A DNA stretch of 64,000 bases from a bacterium (GCA_041640655.1 JBEPZV010000001.1:160229-224228); one strand, 5' to 3'. Positions 41,101 to 50,227 are shown, numbered from the stretch's first letter. Notes: a model not told the origin generated them from the letters alone. A program made the numbers and translations.

Positions 41101-41259
41101 GTGCCAATGGCGCTCTCAACGAGCGCCGGGGCCGAAGTGCAACGACCGCTGGCGACGGTGGTCATCGGCGGACTCATCACCTCGACCTTGCTCACCTTGC
41201 TCGTCTTGCCAGCGATCTATCGCTGGTTTGAGAAAGAGCGGCCTGAGGTGGAGATTTGA
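38179..41259 (+). CDS. czcA: CusA/CzcA heavy-metal efflux RND transporter
   Basis: IDAVPDIT, NLMSLGAIDFGLIVDGSVVMIEN, RLRPVLMTA. Confidence 0.95.
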   Translation: MHRIIELSLKYRFLVIVLTLLMIGVGIYNLRRLPIDAVPDITPNQVLILTRAPGLGPVEVERFITFPVETAMSGLPGVTEIRSISRFGLSVVYVFFEESMDIYFARRLVMERLPQAREMIPPGFGSPEMGPISTGLGEIYQFEVRGEGYSLMELRSILEWDIAFKLRSVPGVVEVNTYGGELKTYEVQLDANKLVGYNISLEQVMEALERNNFSTGGAYIEHNQEQQVIRGEGLVENLQDIENIVVAATPEGVPIYIKNIGKVAFAPRVRQGAVTRDGRGEVVTGVVMMLTGENSRVVVQRVKERLEEIKKSLPPGVVLDGYYDRTDLVRKTINTVTKNLTEGALLVIAVLLLLLGNLRGGLIVASAIPLSMLVAFTGMMYAKLSGNLMSLGAIDFGLIVDGSVVMIENIVRKLAERNKENPGDPMAAILEAGREVARPVFFAVGIIIIVYLPILTLQGVEGKMFRPMALTVIFALCAALVLSLTLMPVLASIVFRRGVEEHETWVIRKVKQAYLPILRKAVDHPRLTVSIAATIFLLSVVVALTMGAEFIPRLDEGVIALQAWRLPSVALSEAVKNTTLIEKTLKQFPEVTSVISRTGQAEIPTDPMGVEVSDIYVLLKPRDEWTTAKTREELIKKIDRALKENVPGTIFSYSQPIELRMQELIAGVRSDIAIKLYGDDLEVLKQKADEIVRVISRIPGAADTKAEQVAGLPFLRIRINREAIARYGINAAQILDVVEAMGGKIVGQVLEGQRRFFLQVRFQESDRQDVEQIKNIKVADPQGRLIPISQLADVWVEQGPAQISRENLHRRITVETNVRGRDIASFVAEARRAIEQKVKLPPGYWLEWGGQFENLQRASARLALVVPLALFLIFVLLYTTFNSARLAALIFINVPMAATGGVFALFVRGMPFSISAGVGFIALFGVAVLNGVVLVSYIKKMREEGAPPIEAAMKAAEIRLRPVLMTALVASLGFVPMALSTSAGAEVQRPLATVVIGGLITSTLLTLLVLPAIYRWFEKERPEVEI

Positions 41260-41296
41260 TGCTATGAAGTGAAACCATAAAAGGAGAGATTCGATT

Positions 41297-42301
41297 ATGA
41301 GACCAGATAGAAGAACCTTTCTAAAATGGAGTATTTCGGGGACCACGTTTTTCGCCGCAGCCTCTTTGCTTGATTTACGTGGAGACCGAGCGGCGGCTGT
41401 CGTAGGAACCCTGAGCGAAGCTCATGCAAGCGCCAGGCGCCCCTTGTTTGTTGCCCCGCAACGCGAATTCGTTCTTCGTGTGCGTGAGGGATTCCGCCGG
41501 ATGGTGGATGGCCGCAGCCTCTACGCGTGGGGATATACAGATGAGAGTGGTGTGATTCAAGGCGTCGGACCGCCGCTCACGGTTCGTGAGGGTGAGCGAA
41601 TCACAGTGACGCTGGTGAATGAGGGCCGCGATGGGCATAGCTTCCATATCAAGGACATTCTCTCAGATCAAACGGTGGTTCCGCCGGGAGGGCAACATAC
41701 GTATGAGTTCATGGCTCCGCTGGCGGGGACTTACCTCTACTACGATTCGGCCAATGATCCGCTTGGTCGGGCGCTGGGGCTGTGCGGCGCATTGGTGGCG
41801 TTGCCTGCTGATGGCCGTCAGACAGCGTGGACTGGCGGCCCGGCGTTCGATCAGCAATTCCTCTGGGTGCTCAGCGAGCTGGATGAGCGATGGAACGTGG
41901 CCCGGCAAAACGCCCAACCGGTCGACCTGCGGGACTATCGGCCCAACTATTTCTTCATCAATGGCCGGAGTTTCCCCGAGACCATGTCTGATCCAAACGC
42001 GATGATGGCAGGTCGCGTCGGGCAGACCGTTTTGATCCGCACCGTCAACGGCGGACTCATCTCGCACGCGATGCACTTTCACGGGTATCACTTCAGAATC
42101 ATCGCCCGAAATGGGCAGCCGCAAGCTGCGTTCATCGAGAAAGATACTTTCGTCGTCTATCCCGGCGAAACGATGGACGTGCTCGTCACACTCGACCAGC
42201 CGGGCCGATACCCGGTGCATGATCACTCGCTGATGGCGGTGACCGCCAATGGCGTTTATCCCAACGGCATGATGGCCGAATTTGATGTGAGGGAGGCGTA
42301 A
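41297..42301 (+). CDS. two-domain multicopper oxidase-like protein A (Tat)
   Basis: RRTFLK; domain 2 HAMHFHG and HDH; domain 1 YYD in place of HCH. Confidence 0.85.
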   Translation: MRPDRRTFLKWSISGTTFFAAASLLDLRGDRAAAVVGTLSEAHASARRPLFVAPQREFVLRVREGFRRMVDGRSLYAWGYTDESGVIQGVGPPLTVREGERITVTLVNEGRDGHSFHIKDILSDQTVVPPGGQHTYEFMAPLAGTYLYYDSANDPLGRALGLCGALVALPADGRQTAWTGGPAFDQQFLWVLSELDERWNVARQNAQPVDLRDYRPNYFFINGRSFPETMSDPNAMMAGRVGQTVLIRTVNGGLISHAMHFHGYHFRIIARNGQPQAAFIEKDTFVVYPGETMDVLVTLDQPGRYPVHDHSLMAVTANGVYPNGMMAEFDVREA

Positions 42302-42303
42302 CG

Positions 42304-43185
42304 ATGGCAATTCGAGATTTCACACTCTTTGCTGGTTTCGGTAGCACGACGATGCCCGACGGAAACACGTTTCCGGTTTGGGGCTTCTCCACCACGCCTG
42401 GACGGGTAGTCGTTCCTGCTCCCACGCTCACGGTGAACGAAGGCGACTGGGTCAGGCTCACGCTGCGCAACATGACGATGATGGAACACACCATTCATCC
42501 CCACGGCCTCGATGTTGACACACTCAACGACGGAGTTCCCCACACTTCCTTCACCGTGCCGCCCATGGGCAGTTACACCTATCAGTTCACGGCCAGGCAC
42601 GCCGGAACGTATGCTTATCATTGTCACGTCAACACCGTGCTTCATCAGCAGATGGGGATGTATGGCGCGTTCATTGTGATGCCTGCTGATGGAAGTCAGC
42701 GGGCATGGACGGGCGGGCCTGCGTTTGACAAGCAATACGTTTGGGTGCTGAGCGAATTCGATAGCGCGTGGCATCGAGCGGCGGGCATGATGGGTGGTCC
42801 TCCCGTGGGCAACGTCAATTTCGCTTCCTACAATCCCGACTACTTTCTTATAAACGGCAAGGCTGATCCGGAGACGCTCAGCGACGCGTCGACGGCCATC
42901 GTCGCGGATCGAGGCCAACGGGTGCTCGTCCGGTTGATCAACATGGGGTACTTAAACCAACGAGTCTCGCTTGGCGCATTGCTGTTTCGAGTGATCGCCT
43001 CCGATGGCCGACCTCTGCCGCGAAGTTATGAAGCGAGCCGTATCGTTCTCGCTCCGGGTGAGCGATATGATGTTCTTGTGGCGGTGCCTCAAGAGCCAGG
43101 CGTGCATACAGCGCAGGTGGATTATCTGTCGCTGTACGACGGCTCAGTCTTAGGAGTAGCCAGAACCCAGATTCGGGTCGCGTGA
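42304..43185 (+). CDS. two-domain multicopper oxidase-like protein B (no signal peptide)
   Basis: Domain 1 HTIHPHG and HCHVNTVLHQQMGM; domain 2 lacks Cu-binding His pairs. Confidence 0.85.
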   Translation: MAIRDFTLFAGFGSTTMPDGNTFPVWGFSTTPGRVVVPAPTLTVNEGDWVRLTLRNMTMMEHTIHPHGLDVDTLNDGVPHTSFTVPPMGSYTYQFTARHAGTYAYHCHVNTVLHQQMGMYGAFIVMPADGSQRAWTGGPAFDKQYVWVLSEFDSAWHRAAGMMGGPPVGNVNFASYNPDYFLINGKADPETLSDASTAIVADRGQRVLVRLINMGYLNQRVSLGALLFRVIASDGRPLPRSYEASRIVLAPGERYDVLVAVPQEPGVHTAQVDYLSLYDGSVLGVARTQIRVA

Positions 43186-43211
43186 CGCGGCTCGACAGAA
43201 GAGGTGAAACC

Positions 43212-43553
43212 ATGAAAGAAATCAAAGCGATCATTCAACCGTTCATGCTCTCGAAGGTGATTAACGCCTTGAAAGAGCTGGAAGGATTGCCCGGTCTGAC
43301 TGTCTCTGAGGTGAAAGGCTTTGGAAAAAGTCAGGCGGAGGATGCGGAACACAAGATCGTTGAAGACTTCGTCGGGTATGTCAAGAAAGCCAAGCTGGAG
43401 ATCGTCGTCCCCGATCATCTGGTCGGAGCGGTCGCTGAGATCATCCAGACGCACGCACACACAGGCAATCCGGGCGACGGGAAAATCTTCATCTCGACAG
43501 TGGATGATGTGATTAAGATCCGCACCGGCGAACGAGGTGAAGGAGCGATCTAG
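43212..43553 (+). CDS. P-II family protein associated with metal efflux
   Basis: MKEIKAIIQP, EVKGFG, TGNPGDGKIF, IRTGERG. Confidence 0.9.
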   Translation: MKEIKAIIQPFMLSKVINALKELEGLPGLTVSEVKGFGKSQAEDAEHKIVEDFVGYVKKAKLEIVVPDHLVGAVAEIIQTHAHTGNPGDGKIFISTVDDVIKIRTGERGEGAI

Positions 43554-43615
43554 AACATGTGAAAGCGAGCAAGCTCTTGCGCGGCAGGTAACAGCCAACC
43601 CAAAGGAGGACAACG

Positions 43616-44002
43616 ATGAACGCATTTGAGCGAACAGTCACAACTGACAAATCGTTTGAAGAGGCCGTTGCGGCCATTGAGCAGAAGGCCGCTGAGAAGG
43701 GTTTCCGGGTGCTGCACACGCACGATGTGGCGGCGACGTTGGCGGAAAAGGGCTTCCCACGCGAGCCCCTGAAGATTATTGAAATCTGCAACGCCAAGTA
43801 CGCGAGCCAGGTGCTCAACAGGGATGTGAAGATTTCCCTCATGCTCCCCTGCCCGATCAGTGTGTATGTCGAAGGCGGCCAGACGCACATCAGCACGCTG
43901 CTCCCGACTTCGATTGTGCAGTTCTTTCCCCACGCCGGGATTGAGGATCTCGCGTCGGAGGTGGAGAGCATTGTGCTCCGGATTATAGAAGAGGCGCGTT
44001 GA
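43616..44002 (+). CDS. DUF302 domain protein
   Basis: GFRVLHTHDV, EICNA, LMLPCPISV. Confidence 0.85.
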   Translation: MNAFERTVTTDKSFEEAVAAIEQKAAEKGFRVLHTHDVAATLAEKGFPREPLKIIEICNAKYASQVLNRDVKISLMLPCPISVYVEGGQTHISTLLPTSIVQFFPHAGIEDLASEVESIVLRIIEEAR

Positions 44003-44007
44003 GGAAA

Positions 44008-45921
44008 ATGAAAGAGGATAAGAAAATGAAAGAGGACAAGAAGGAAGAAATCTTTGAGGGGAAATGGTACGCTCACCCCCCAATGCGAAACGCATTGATA
44101 GCCGCCGTGCTCGCAGGCACCGCATTTGGGTTGGCTCATCTTGGGAGTATTCCTTCGCTGGTCGAGACCGCTCTCTATCTGGTGGCCATCCCATTGGGTG
44201 GCTACCACTGGGCTCGCGAAGGGATTGAAGAGTTGATCGAAGAGAACGAGATCGGCATAGAAATCCTGATGCTGGCGGCTACGCTTGGTTCAGCGGTGTT
44301 GGGCATGTTGGATGAAGCCGCCTTCCTGGTCGTCCTCTACGGGGCGGCTGAGGGATTGGAGGAGTACACCTACGCCAGAACCAGGGCTTCCATCAGGAAA
44401 CTTCTCGACCTCGCTCCCAAAGAGGCGAGAGTCATCAGGAATGGGGAAGAAATAATCATACCCGCTGAAGAGATAGCTGTCGGAGATGTCTTCGTCGTCC
44501 GGCCCGGCGAGTCCATCCCAACAGATGGCATTATTGTCAAAGGTCGGTCCAGCATCAATGAGGCTCCTGTGACCGGCGAATCCATCCCGGTTGAAAAGAA
44601 AGAGGGAATGAAGGTCTTTGCCGCTACTATCAATCAAGAAGGAGCGTTGGAGATCAGGGCCACAGCGACGTTTGAAGATAATACCCTCGCCAAAATGGTC
44701 CATCTGGTCGAGGAAGCACAGGAACAAAAGAGCAAGACTCAGCTCTTCATTGAAACGTTTGGGCGGAGATACTCTCCGTTAGTCCTCTTGAGTTCCTTGC
44801 TTCTCATCGTCATCCCTCCTCTGATCGGAGCGTCTTTTTCGGAATGGGCAACAAGGGCGGTGGTCCTTTTAGTCGCCGCTGCCCCTTGTGCTTTGGTGAT
44901 GTCTACGCCCGTCGCCATTGCCGCTGGGATTGGTCGGGCGGGCCGATCTGGCGTGCTGATTAAGGGAGGAATTCATCTCGAAAATCTGGGCAAGATCAAG
45001 GCGGTGGCGTTCGATAAGACAGGAACGCTCACCAGAGGCAAACCCATTGTAACCGACGTGGTGCCCCTGAATGGAGACGAATCTCAACTGCTGGCGTTCG
45101 CTTACAGTGTGGAGAGATTTTCTGAGCATCCCCTGGCCCAGGCCATTGTGGAAAAGGCGAAAGAATCTCATGTCGAGGCTCTGGAAGCCACCGACTTTAG
45201 CGCTCTTGTTGGTTCGGGCGCGAAGGCCAAGATTGCCGGCAGAACGATTTACGTTGGCAAACCAGGGCTATTTGAAGAGCTGGGTCTGAAGGTCCGGGGC
45301 ATTCCAGACGCTGAGAGGCTCAGGGACGAAGGGAAGACGGTGATTCTCGTGGGCACAGAAGAAAGTATTGCAGGGTTCATTGCCATCCGAGATGAGGTGA
45401 GACCCCAAGCCAAAGAGGTCGTAGATCAGCTTCACCGGATGGGTGTGAGAGTCGTCATGCTGACTGGCGACAATGAGGTGACGGCCAAAGCGATTGCTAA
45501 GGAACTGGGTATAGATGAAGTGAAGGCCGATCTCAAGCCAGAAGATAAGATCAAAGCGGTGGAAGAATTGGAAAAGAAGTATGGGTCTGTGGCGATGGTT
45601 GGTGATGGTATCAACGATGCGCCGGCATTGGCCAGAGCGACCGTTGGCATAGCTATGGGCGTAGCCGGGACCGATGCCGCCATCGAAGCCGCCGATATTG
45701 CTCTTATGGCCGATGATCTCACCAAGGTGGTTTATGCGATCAATCTTGGCAAGAGAGCCAGACGGATCAGCTTGCAGAACATTGTCTTTTCGCTCCTCAT
45801 TCTGGCGGTTCTGATACCCTCAGCTCTCATTGGCATCATGACAGTGGCCATTGCGGTTGTGGCGCATGAGGGCTCAGAGCTTTTGGCGGTGGCCAATGGT
45901 TTGCGGGTAGCAAGGGGGTAG
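44008..45921 (+). CDS. P1B heavy-metal ATPase (Zn/Cd/Co type, no N-terminal HMA domain)
   Basis: [30 protein letters not shown]. Confidence 0.92.
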   Translation: MKEDKKMKEDKKEEIFEGKWYAHPPMRNALIAAVLAGTAFGLAHLGSIPSLVETALYLVAIPLGGYHWAREGIEELIEENEIGIEILMLAATLGSAVLGMLDEAAFLVVLYGAAEGLEEYTYARTRASIRKLLDLAPKEARVIRNGEEIIIPAEEIAVGDVFVVRPGESIPTDGIIVKGRSSINEAPVTGESIPVEKKEGMKVFAATINQEGALEIRATATFEDNTLAKMVHLVEEAQEQKSKTQLFIETFGRRYSPLVLLSSLLLIVIPPLIGASFSEWATRAVVLLVAAAPCALVMSTPVAIAAGIGRAGRSGVLIKGGIHLENLGKIKAVAFDKTGTLTRGKPIVTDVVPLNGDESQLLAFAYSVERFSEHPLAQAIVEKAKESHVEALEATDFSALVGSGAKAKIAGRTIYVGKPGLFEELGLKVRGIPDAERLRDEGKTVILVGTEESIAGFIAIRDEVRPQAKEVVDQLHRMGVRVVMLTGDNEVTAKAIAKELGIDEVKADLKPEDKIKAVEELEKKYGSVAMVGDGINDAPALARATVGIAMGVAGTDAAIEAADIALMADDLTKVVYAINLGKRARRISLQNIVFSLLILAVLIPSALIGIMTVAIAVVAHEGSELLAVANGLRVARG

Positions 45922-46025
45922 AGGCGAACCATGAGTTCAAAGTGCGCATTGACCGCTTCCTGACAGGCAAAGGAACACGCATGCAGGGTTGTTGGACATG
46001 GCGGAGATCAAGTCGCTTTTGTCGC

Positions 46026-46076
46026 TGGACACTTTCACTTGCCGTCTCTAGAATAGTTGAGCAATTGTTCAATTAT
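46026..46076 (+). promoter_or_regulatory. sigma70 promoter with overlapping SmtB/CadC-type operator
   Basis: TGGACA-N17-TAGAAT (46026-46054); inverted repeat ATAGTTGAGCA-AT-TGTTCAATTAT (46053-46076). Confidence 0.75.
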
Positions 46077-46091
46077 GATTATGAGGTGAAT

Positions 46092-46490
46092 ATGCCGAAA
46101 GCGACTGTCACTAAGAAGCGAACCAGCGCCCGGCTCCCAGTGCGCGACACGTGCGAGCAAGTTTGCTACGATGCGCCGCTTGTGCGCACGCTCAAGCGAG
46201 AGATGCTCGCCGACGATACTGTGATGGAACTGGTGGCGACCTTCGAGGTTTTGGCCGACCCAACACGCCTCCGAATTATCTACGCGCTCGGCCGGGGCGA
46301 ATTGTGCGTGTGCGACCTGGCGCATGTGCTGGGGATGAGCTTGTCTGCCACGTCGCACCAACTGCGGCGACTGCGCGATCTTCGGCTGGTCAAGTACCGA
46401 TACGAGGGCCGGATGGCCTTCTATTCGCTCGATGACGAGTTCATCAAGAAGATGGTGGAAGATGCGGTGCAGCACGTAGAGAGTGATTGA
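46092..46490 (+). CDS. ArsR/SmtB metalloregulator (CadC/SmtB-like)
   Basis: N-terminal CEQVC; LADPTRLRI; ELCVCDLA; SHQLR; C-terminal H. Confidence 0.9.
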   Translation: MPKATVTKKRTSARLPVRDTCEQVCYDAPLVRTLKREMLADDTVMELVATFEVLADPTRLRIIYALGRGELCVCDLAHVLGMSLSATSHQLRRLRDLRLVKYRYEGRMAFYSLDDEFIKKMVEDAVQHVESD

Positions 46491-46491
46491 G

Positions 46492-47610
46492 ATGACGAAT
46501 CAAGAGCCGATTGAGAAAATCCGATCCGAACTGCAAGAGGGCATGAGCCTGGCCAAATGCCGGAAGTGTGGATGCATGAAGGAGACCCTGGAAAATCTCG
46601 GGACTTCGCTTTCTTCAATCGAAACTCCGGCTTCTTCAGATTTGCGTCAACAGATCGGAGCCTGGCTAAAGCAAATGGAACCGATCAAGTATGCGTGCCT
46701 GGGGTGCGAGTATTGCTTCCCGGCGGTGGCGATGAATGTTTTTCACCAAGCCTTTCCTGAAGCCGCACAGGGTCCATCGCTAGGGTGCGCCTTTGAAGTG
46801 AGAGTGCGAACCTGGCCCCCTGTGCCAGGGGAATATTTCGCTTTCTGTGATGGCCCAGCTTGTCCAGTCGCCGTCTCCACTCTGGCCAGTGTGGAACTGG
46901 CCGAAACGCTGGCCGGCATAAGACCAAAAGAGCTTTGCATTGTCGGCAAGACAGAGACAGAAAACATCGGCATTGACAAGGTCATCAAGAACACGATCAC
47001 CAATCCCACGATTCGCTTTCTTCTGTTGGTGGGGGAAGACCCTCAAGGCCATCAGCCCGGCAGGACATTTCTTGCTCTGTCGAAAAATGGTGTTGATGAG
47101 AACGGGCGGGTGATAGGCTCTCCTGGCAAGCGCCCTATTTTAAGAAACGTGACCCCTGAAGAGGTGGAAACCTTTCGGAAACAGGTGCGGGTTGTGGACC
47201 TAATTGGATGTGAAGATGTGAAGACCATCATTGAGAAACTCAAAGAACTCTCACAGAGTCTCAGCCTGTCCTGCAACTGTGCGGAGTCCACTAAGGAAAC
47301 CATGCCTGTTCAGAATTCCACCGTGCCAGTCATTCAGGCAGAAGAGCCCACGAAAGTTGAGATGGATAAGGCCGGCTATTTCGTGATCATTCCACAGCCA
47401 GAGAAGGGGATCATCGCGGTAGAACATTACTCTTACGACAACCGGCTTTTAAGAGTCATTGAGGGCAAGAATGCCAGAAGCATCTCCTGGACAATCATTG
47501 AAAACGGTTGGGTGACGCAGCTCTCTCACGCCGCTTATCTCGGAAGGGAATTGGCTAAGGCAGAACTTTCAATGAGACTGAGATTCAAATACATTCAGGA
47601 CGGAGCATAA
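46492..47610 (+). CDS. Cys-rich N-domain + MtrA-like corrinoid-binding domain + DUF4346
   Basis: CRKCGC, CLGCEYC; WPPVPGEY, TENIGIDKVI, NPTIRFL..GH; MDKAGYF...SHAAYLGRELAKAE...YIQD. Confidence 0.85.
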   Translation: MTNQEPIEKIRSELQEGMSLAKCRKCGCMKETLENLGTSLSSIETPASSDLRQQIGAWLKQMEPIKYACLGCEYCFPAVAMNVFHQAFPEAAQGPSLGCAFEVRVRTWPPVPGEYFAFCDGPACPVAVSTLASVELAETLAGIRPKELCIVGKTETENIGIDKVIKNTITNPTIRFLLLVGEDPQGHQPGRTFLALSKNGVDENGRVIGSPGKRPILRNVTPEEVETFRKQVRVVDLIGCEDVKTIIEKLKELSQSLSLSCNCAESTKETMPVQNSTVPVIQAEEPTKVEMDKAGYFVIIPQPEKGIIAVEHYSYDNRLLRVIEGKNARSISWTIIENGWVTQLSHAAYLGRELAKAELSMRLRFKYIQDGA

Positions 47611-47615
47611 AAACG

Positions 47616-48302
47616 ATGGAAAGGGGAACTTCAACCATAGTGAAACAAGTTTTGGACGCGCAGCGCCAACATTGGGAAAATACATTTTCAAAGAAGCCTG
47701 ATATGTTTGGGAGCGAGCCCAGTGATTGCGCTCGAAAAGCAGCAGAGCTATTCAAAAAAGAAGGTCAAACCAAGATTCTCGAACTCGGAGGCGGACAGGG
47801 GCGAGATACCATCTTCTTTGCTCAAAGTGGTTTTCACGTTCACGTACTTGATTATTCTGGGAACGCAGTTGAAGCCATCACCCAAAAAGCCCGAGCATTG
47901 GGCTTGTCTCAGTCCGTCAGAGCGATATGTCACGATGTTAGAGAACCCCTCCCCTTCGATAATGAATCTTTCGATGGTTGCTATTCGCATATGTTGTATT
48001 GTATGGCGCTCACAACTTCGGAGCTCGAATTTCTTTCAGACGAAGTCAGGCGGGTATTAAAACCAGGTGGACTCAACATTTACACAGTTAGGCATACAGG
48101 TGACCCCCATTATGGAACAGGCATTCATCGAGGGGAGGGTATGTATGAGGTTGACGGATTTATTGTGCATTTTTTTAGTAAAGAAAAAGTACAACATTTA
48201 GCCAAAGGATATGAAATCGTTGGCGTTGATGAATTTGAAGAAGGTGGACTTCCCAGAAAACTATTCCGAGTAACACTGAGAAAGAAAGGAGGCGAATCAT
48301 GA
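47616..48302 (+). CDS. class I SAM-dependent methyltransferase
   Basis: ILELGGGQGRD, FDGCYSHM, RRVLKPGG. Confidence 0.9.
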   Translation: MERGTSTIVKQVLDAQRQHWENTFSKKPDMFGSEPSDCARKAAELFKKEGQTKILELGGGQGRDTIFFAQSGFHVHVLDYSGNAVEAITQKARALGLSQSVRAICHDVREPLPFDNESFDGCYSHMLYCMALTTSELEFLSDEVRRVLKPGGLNIYTVRHTGDPHYGTGIHRGEGMYEVDGFIVHFFSKEKVQHLAKGYEIVGVDEFEEGGLPRKLFRVTLRKKGGES

Positions 48303-48805
48303 CGAAGACAAAACTTGCAGTGCTCACTACCGCCTGCTTAATCTTAGGTGGCATTTGGCTGTCCAGTTATGCTCAACAGAGCGAAGTGCACAAAAAAGCA
48401 ACGGAAGGACAGTCTCAAATGCAAATGGGACCGGAGATGATGCAGCAAATGATGAAGGACATGGGCAACAATCCTATGATGGCCCAATGCCAGCACATGA
48501 TGCGCACCGTCATCTATCCCGATAGTGCATCGAGCATCCTTGCCTTGAAGGAACAACTTGACCTTTCCGAAAAGCAGACGAAAGAGCTCATAGCCATTCA
48601 GGAAAAGGCCAATGCCGAGGCAAAGAGAGTCCTTACCGAGGAGCAGGGTAAGAAGTTTGAAGCGCTGACCAAAGACTGGAAGCCACAATCCATGATGCAA
48701 TGCATGCAAACCATGATGTCTCAGATGCAGAAGATGATGGGAGGCCAGATGCCTGCCTGTCCTATGATGCAAATGATGCAAGGAAAGGAGCGACGAACAA
48801 AGTAA
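48299..48805 (+). CDS. exported Met-rich Spy/CpxP-like protein
   Basis: Signal peptide; LDLSEKQ and LTEEQ motifs; many Met residues. Confidence 0.6.
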   Translation: MTKTKLAVLTTACLILGGIWLSSYAQQSEVHKKATEGQSQMQMGPEMMQQMMKDMGNNPMMAQCQHMMRTVIYPDSASSILALKEQLDLSEKQTKELIAIQEKANAEAKRVLTEEQGKKFEALTKDWKPQSMMQCMQTMMSQMQKMMGGQMPACPMMQMMQGKERRTK

Positions 48806-48918
48806 CGGGACAAAAGTTCGGGGCGCTTTTTGCTGGTGCCTTGACAGCTATTCAAGAGCGTTCCTTTGGTTTAAAAGTGTTCCCGAACTTTTGTCCACCT
48901 ACTAAGGAGCATTGAATC

Positions 48919-49344
48919 ATGAAGCGAGTCATCCTCGTGCTGATCATTGTGGCTGTAGCCGCCGTCGTGACCGTGAAGCTGGTAAGCAGAAAGCAAAAGC
49001 CTCAACCGCCATCGGCAGTGGTGACCGCACCATCATCGGCCAGCACCCAAGGCAAGCCAATTCTTTATCTGTTTCACGATCCGTCTGATCAGGATGCCGG
49101 TTGTCGGCGCATTTACGCCTATCTGGATCAGGCCGAGAGAGAACTGGCTGGGCAAGTGGAAGTGCGGCGGCCGGATGTTGAGCGTGAGAAGAATCTTGTC
49201 GAGCAGTTTCAGGTGCGGGTGCTGCCGACGGTCTTGCTCGTATCGCCAACCGGTGCTGTTGAGCAACGCTTTGAAGGTGAGGACAGTTCAACCGCCGAGC
49301 ACATCGAGCAGGCGCTCGAACGATTGAAAGGGATGCCACAGTGA
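48919..49344 (+). CDS. membrane-anchored thioredoxin-fold protein (single Cys)
   Basis: N-terminal TM; HDPSDQDAGC; VRVLPT..L...RFEG. Confidence 0.65.
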   Translation: MKRVILVLIIVAVAAVVTVKLVSRKQKPQPPSAVVTAPSSASTQGKPILYLFHDPSDQDAGCRRIYAYLDQAERELAGQVEVRRPDVEREKNLVEQFQVRVLPTVLLVSPTGAVEQRFEGEDSSTAEHIEQALERLKGMPQ

Positions 49345-50000
49345 ATCCACCGAACATTGAAGAGATTTCTTTGACAGCTTTTGTGCTGACCTTTATGGGC
49401 GGGATCGTGACCGGCTTCAATCCCTGCTGCTATACGATGGTCCCAGCACTGGTTGGCTACCTGAGCGGGTACTGTGAGCCATCGGTGAAGCGATGCGCGT
49501 GGCTGTCGGGCTGGTTTGCCATCGGGCTTGCTACGGCCACTGCGATGTTGGGATTAATCGCTGTGCTTGCTGGTGGAATATTCGGCGGCGTGCATCCAGC
49601 GGTGCGTTATCTTCTCGCCGTGATACCGATTGTAATGGGTTTGCACCTGTTGGGGATTATCAATATCAAAGTGCCAGCGGTTCGCCATTGGCGGCCTATC
49701 CGCTCTGGTACACTCGGCGCGTATCTCACCGGCTTGCTATTTTCTCTGGCGATCCTTCCTTGTGCTACTCCTATTTTGGCTTCAATTCTCGCGTATACTG
49801 CCAGTCATGGCAGTGTGCTTTATGGCTCAGCATTGCTCTTCATCTATGGCACAGGAATCGGTGTGCCAATTGTACTTGTCGGTACAAGCCTCGGCATTCT
49901 TTCATCACTGCGACTACTGGCTTGCTGGTGGTCGGTGGTTCACCGCCTCAGCGGCGTAATCCTCATTGGGCTGGGCTTCTACTTGCTCTGGCAAGCATAA
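49341..50000 (+). CDS. CcdA/DsbD transmembrane-domain protein
   Basis: GFNPCC..VP, PCATPIL, six TM segments. Confidence 0.85.
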   Translation: MNPPNIEEISLTAFVLTFMGGIVTGFNPCCYTMVPALVGYLSGYCEPSVKRCAWLSGWFAIGLATATAMLGLIAVLAGGIFGGVHPAVRYLLAVIPIVMGLHLLGIINIKVPAVRHWRPIRSGTLGAYLTGLLFSLAILPCATPILASILAYTASHGSVLYGSALLFIYGTGIGVPIVLVGTSLGILSSLRLLACWWSVVHRLSGVILIGLGFYLLWQA

Positions 50001-50227
50001 TTCGCTATGGACCACAAAGAAAAAAGCTGGTCGTTCCAGGCAATAGCCACACTCACCACAACGCCAGCGGGCAGACGGTCAAAGACCTTGTCTGGGGGAA
50101 CCCTTTGAAGAAATGGCTCGACATGATGCGCCAATTCTGGGCGAGATTTGTCCTGACGGCTCCGATTCTCCACATCCACTGGCCCGATGAGTTGACCATC
50201 TCCCAAGTATCGCTCTAACGTCGTATC

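Noticed and set aside
46492..47610. MtrA-like genes as evidence of methanogenesis or archaeal contamination
   Set aside because: No other mtr or mcr genes, no membrane anchor, and the context is bacterial.
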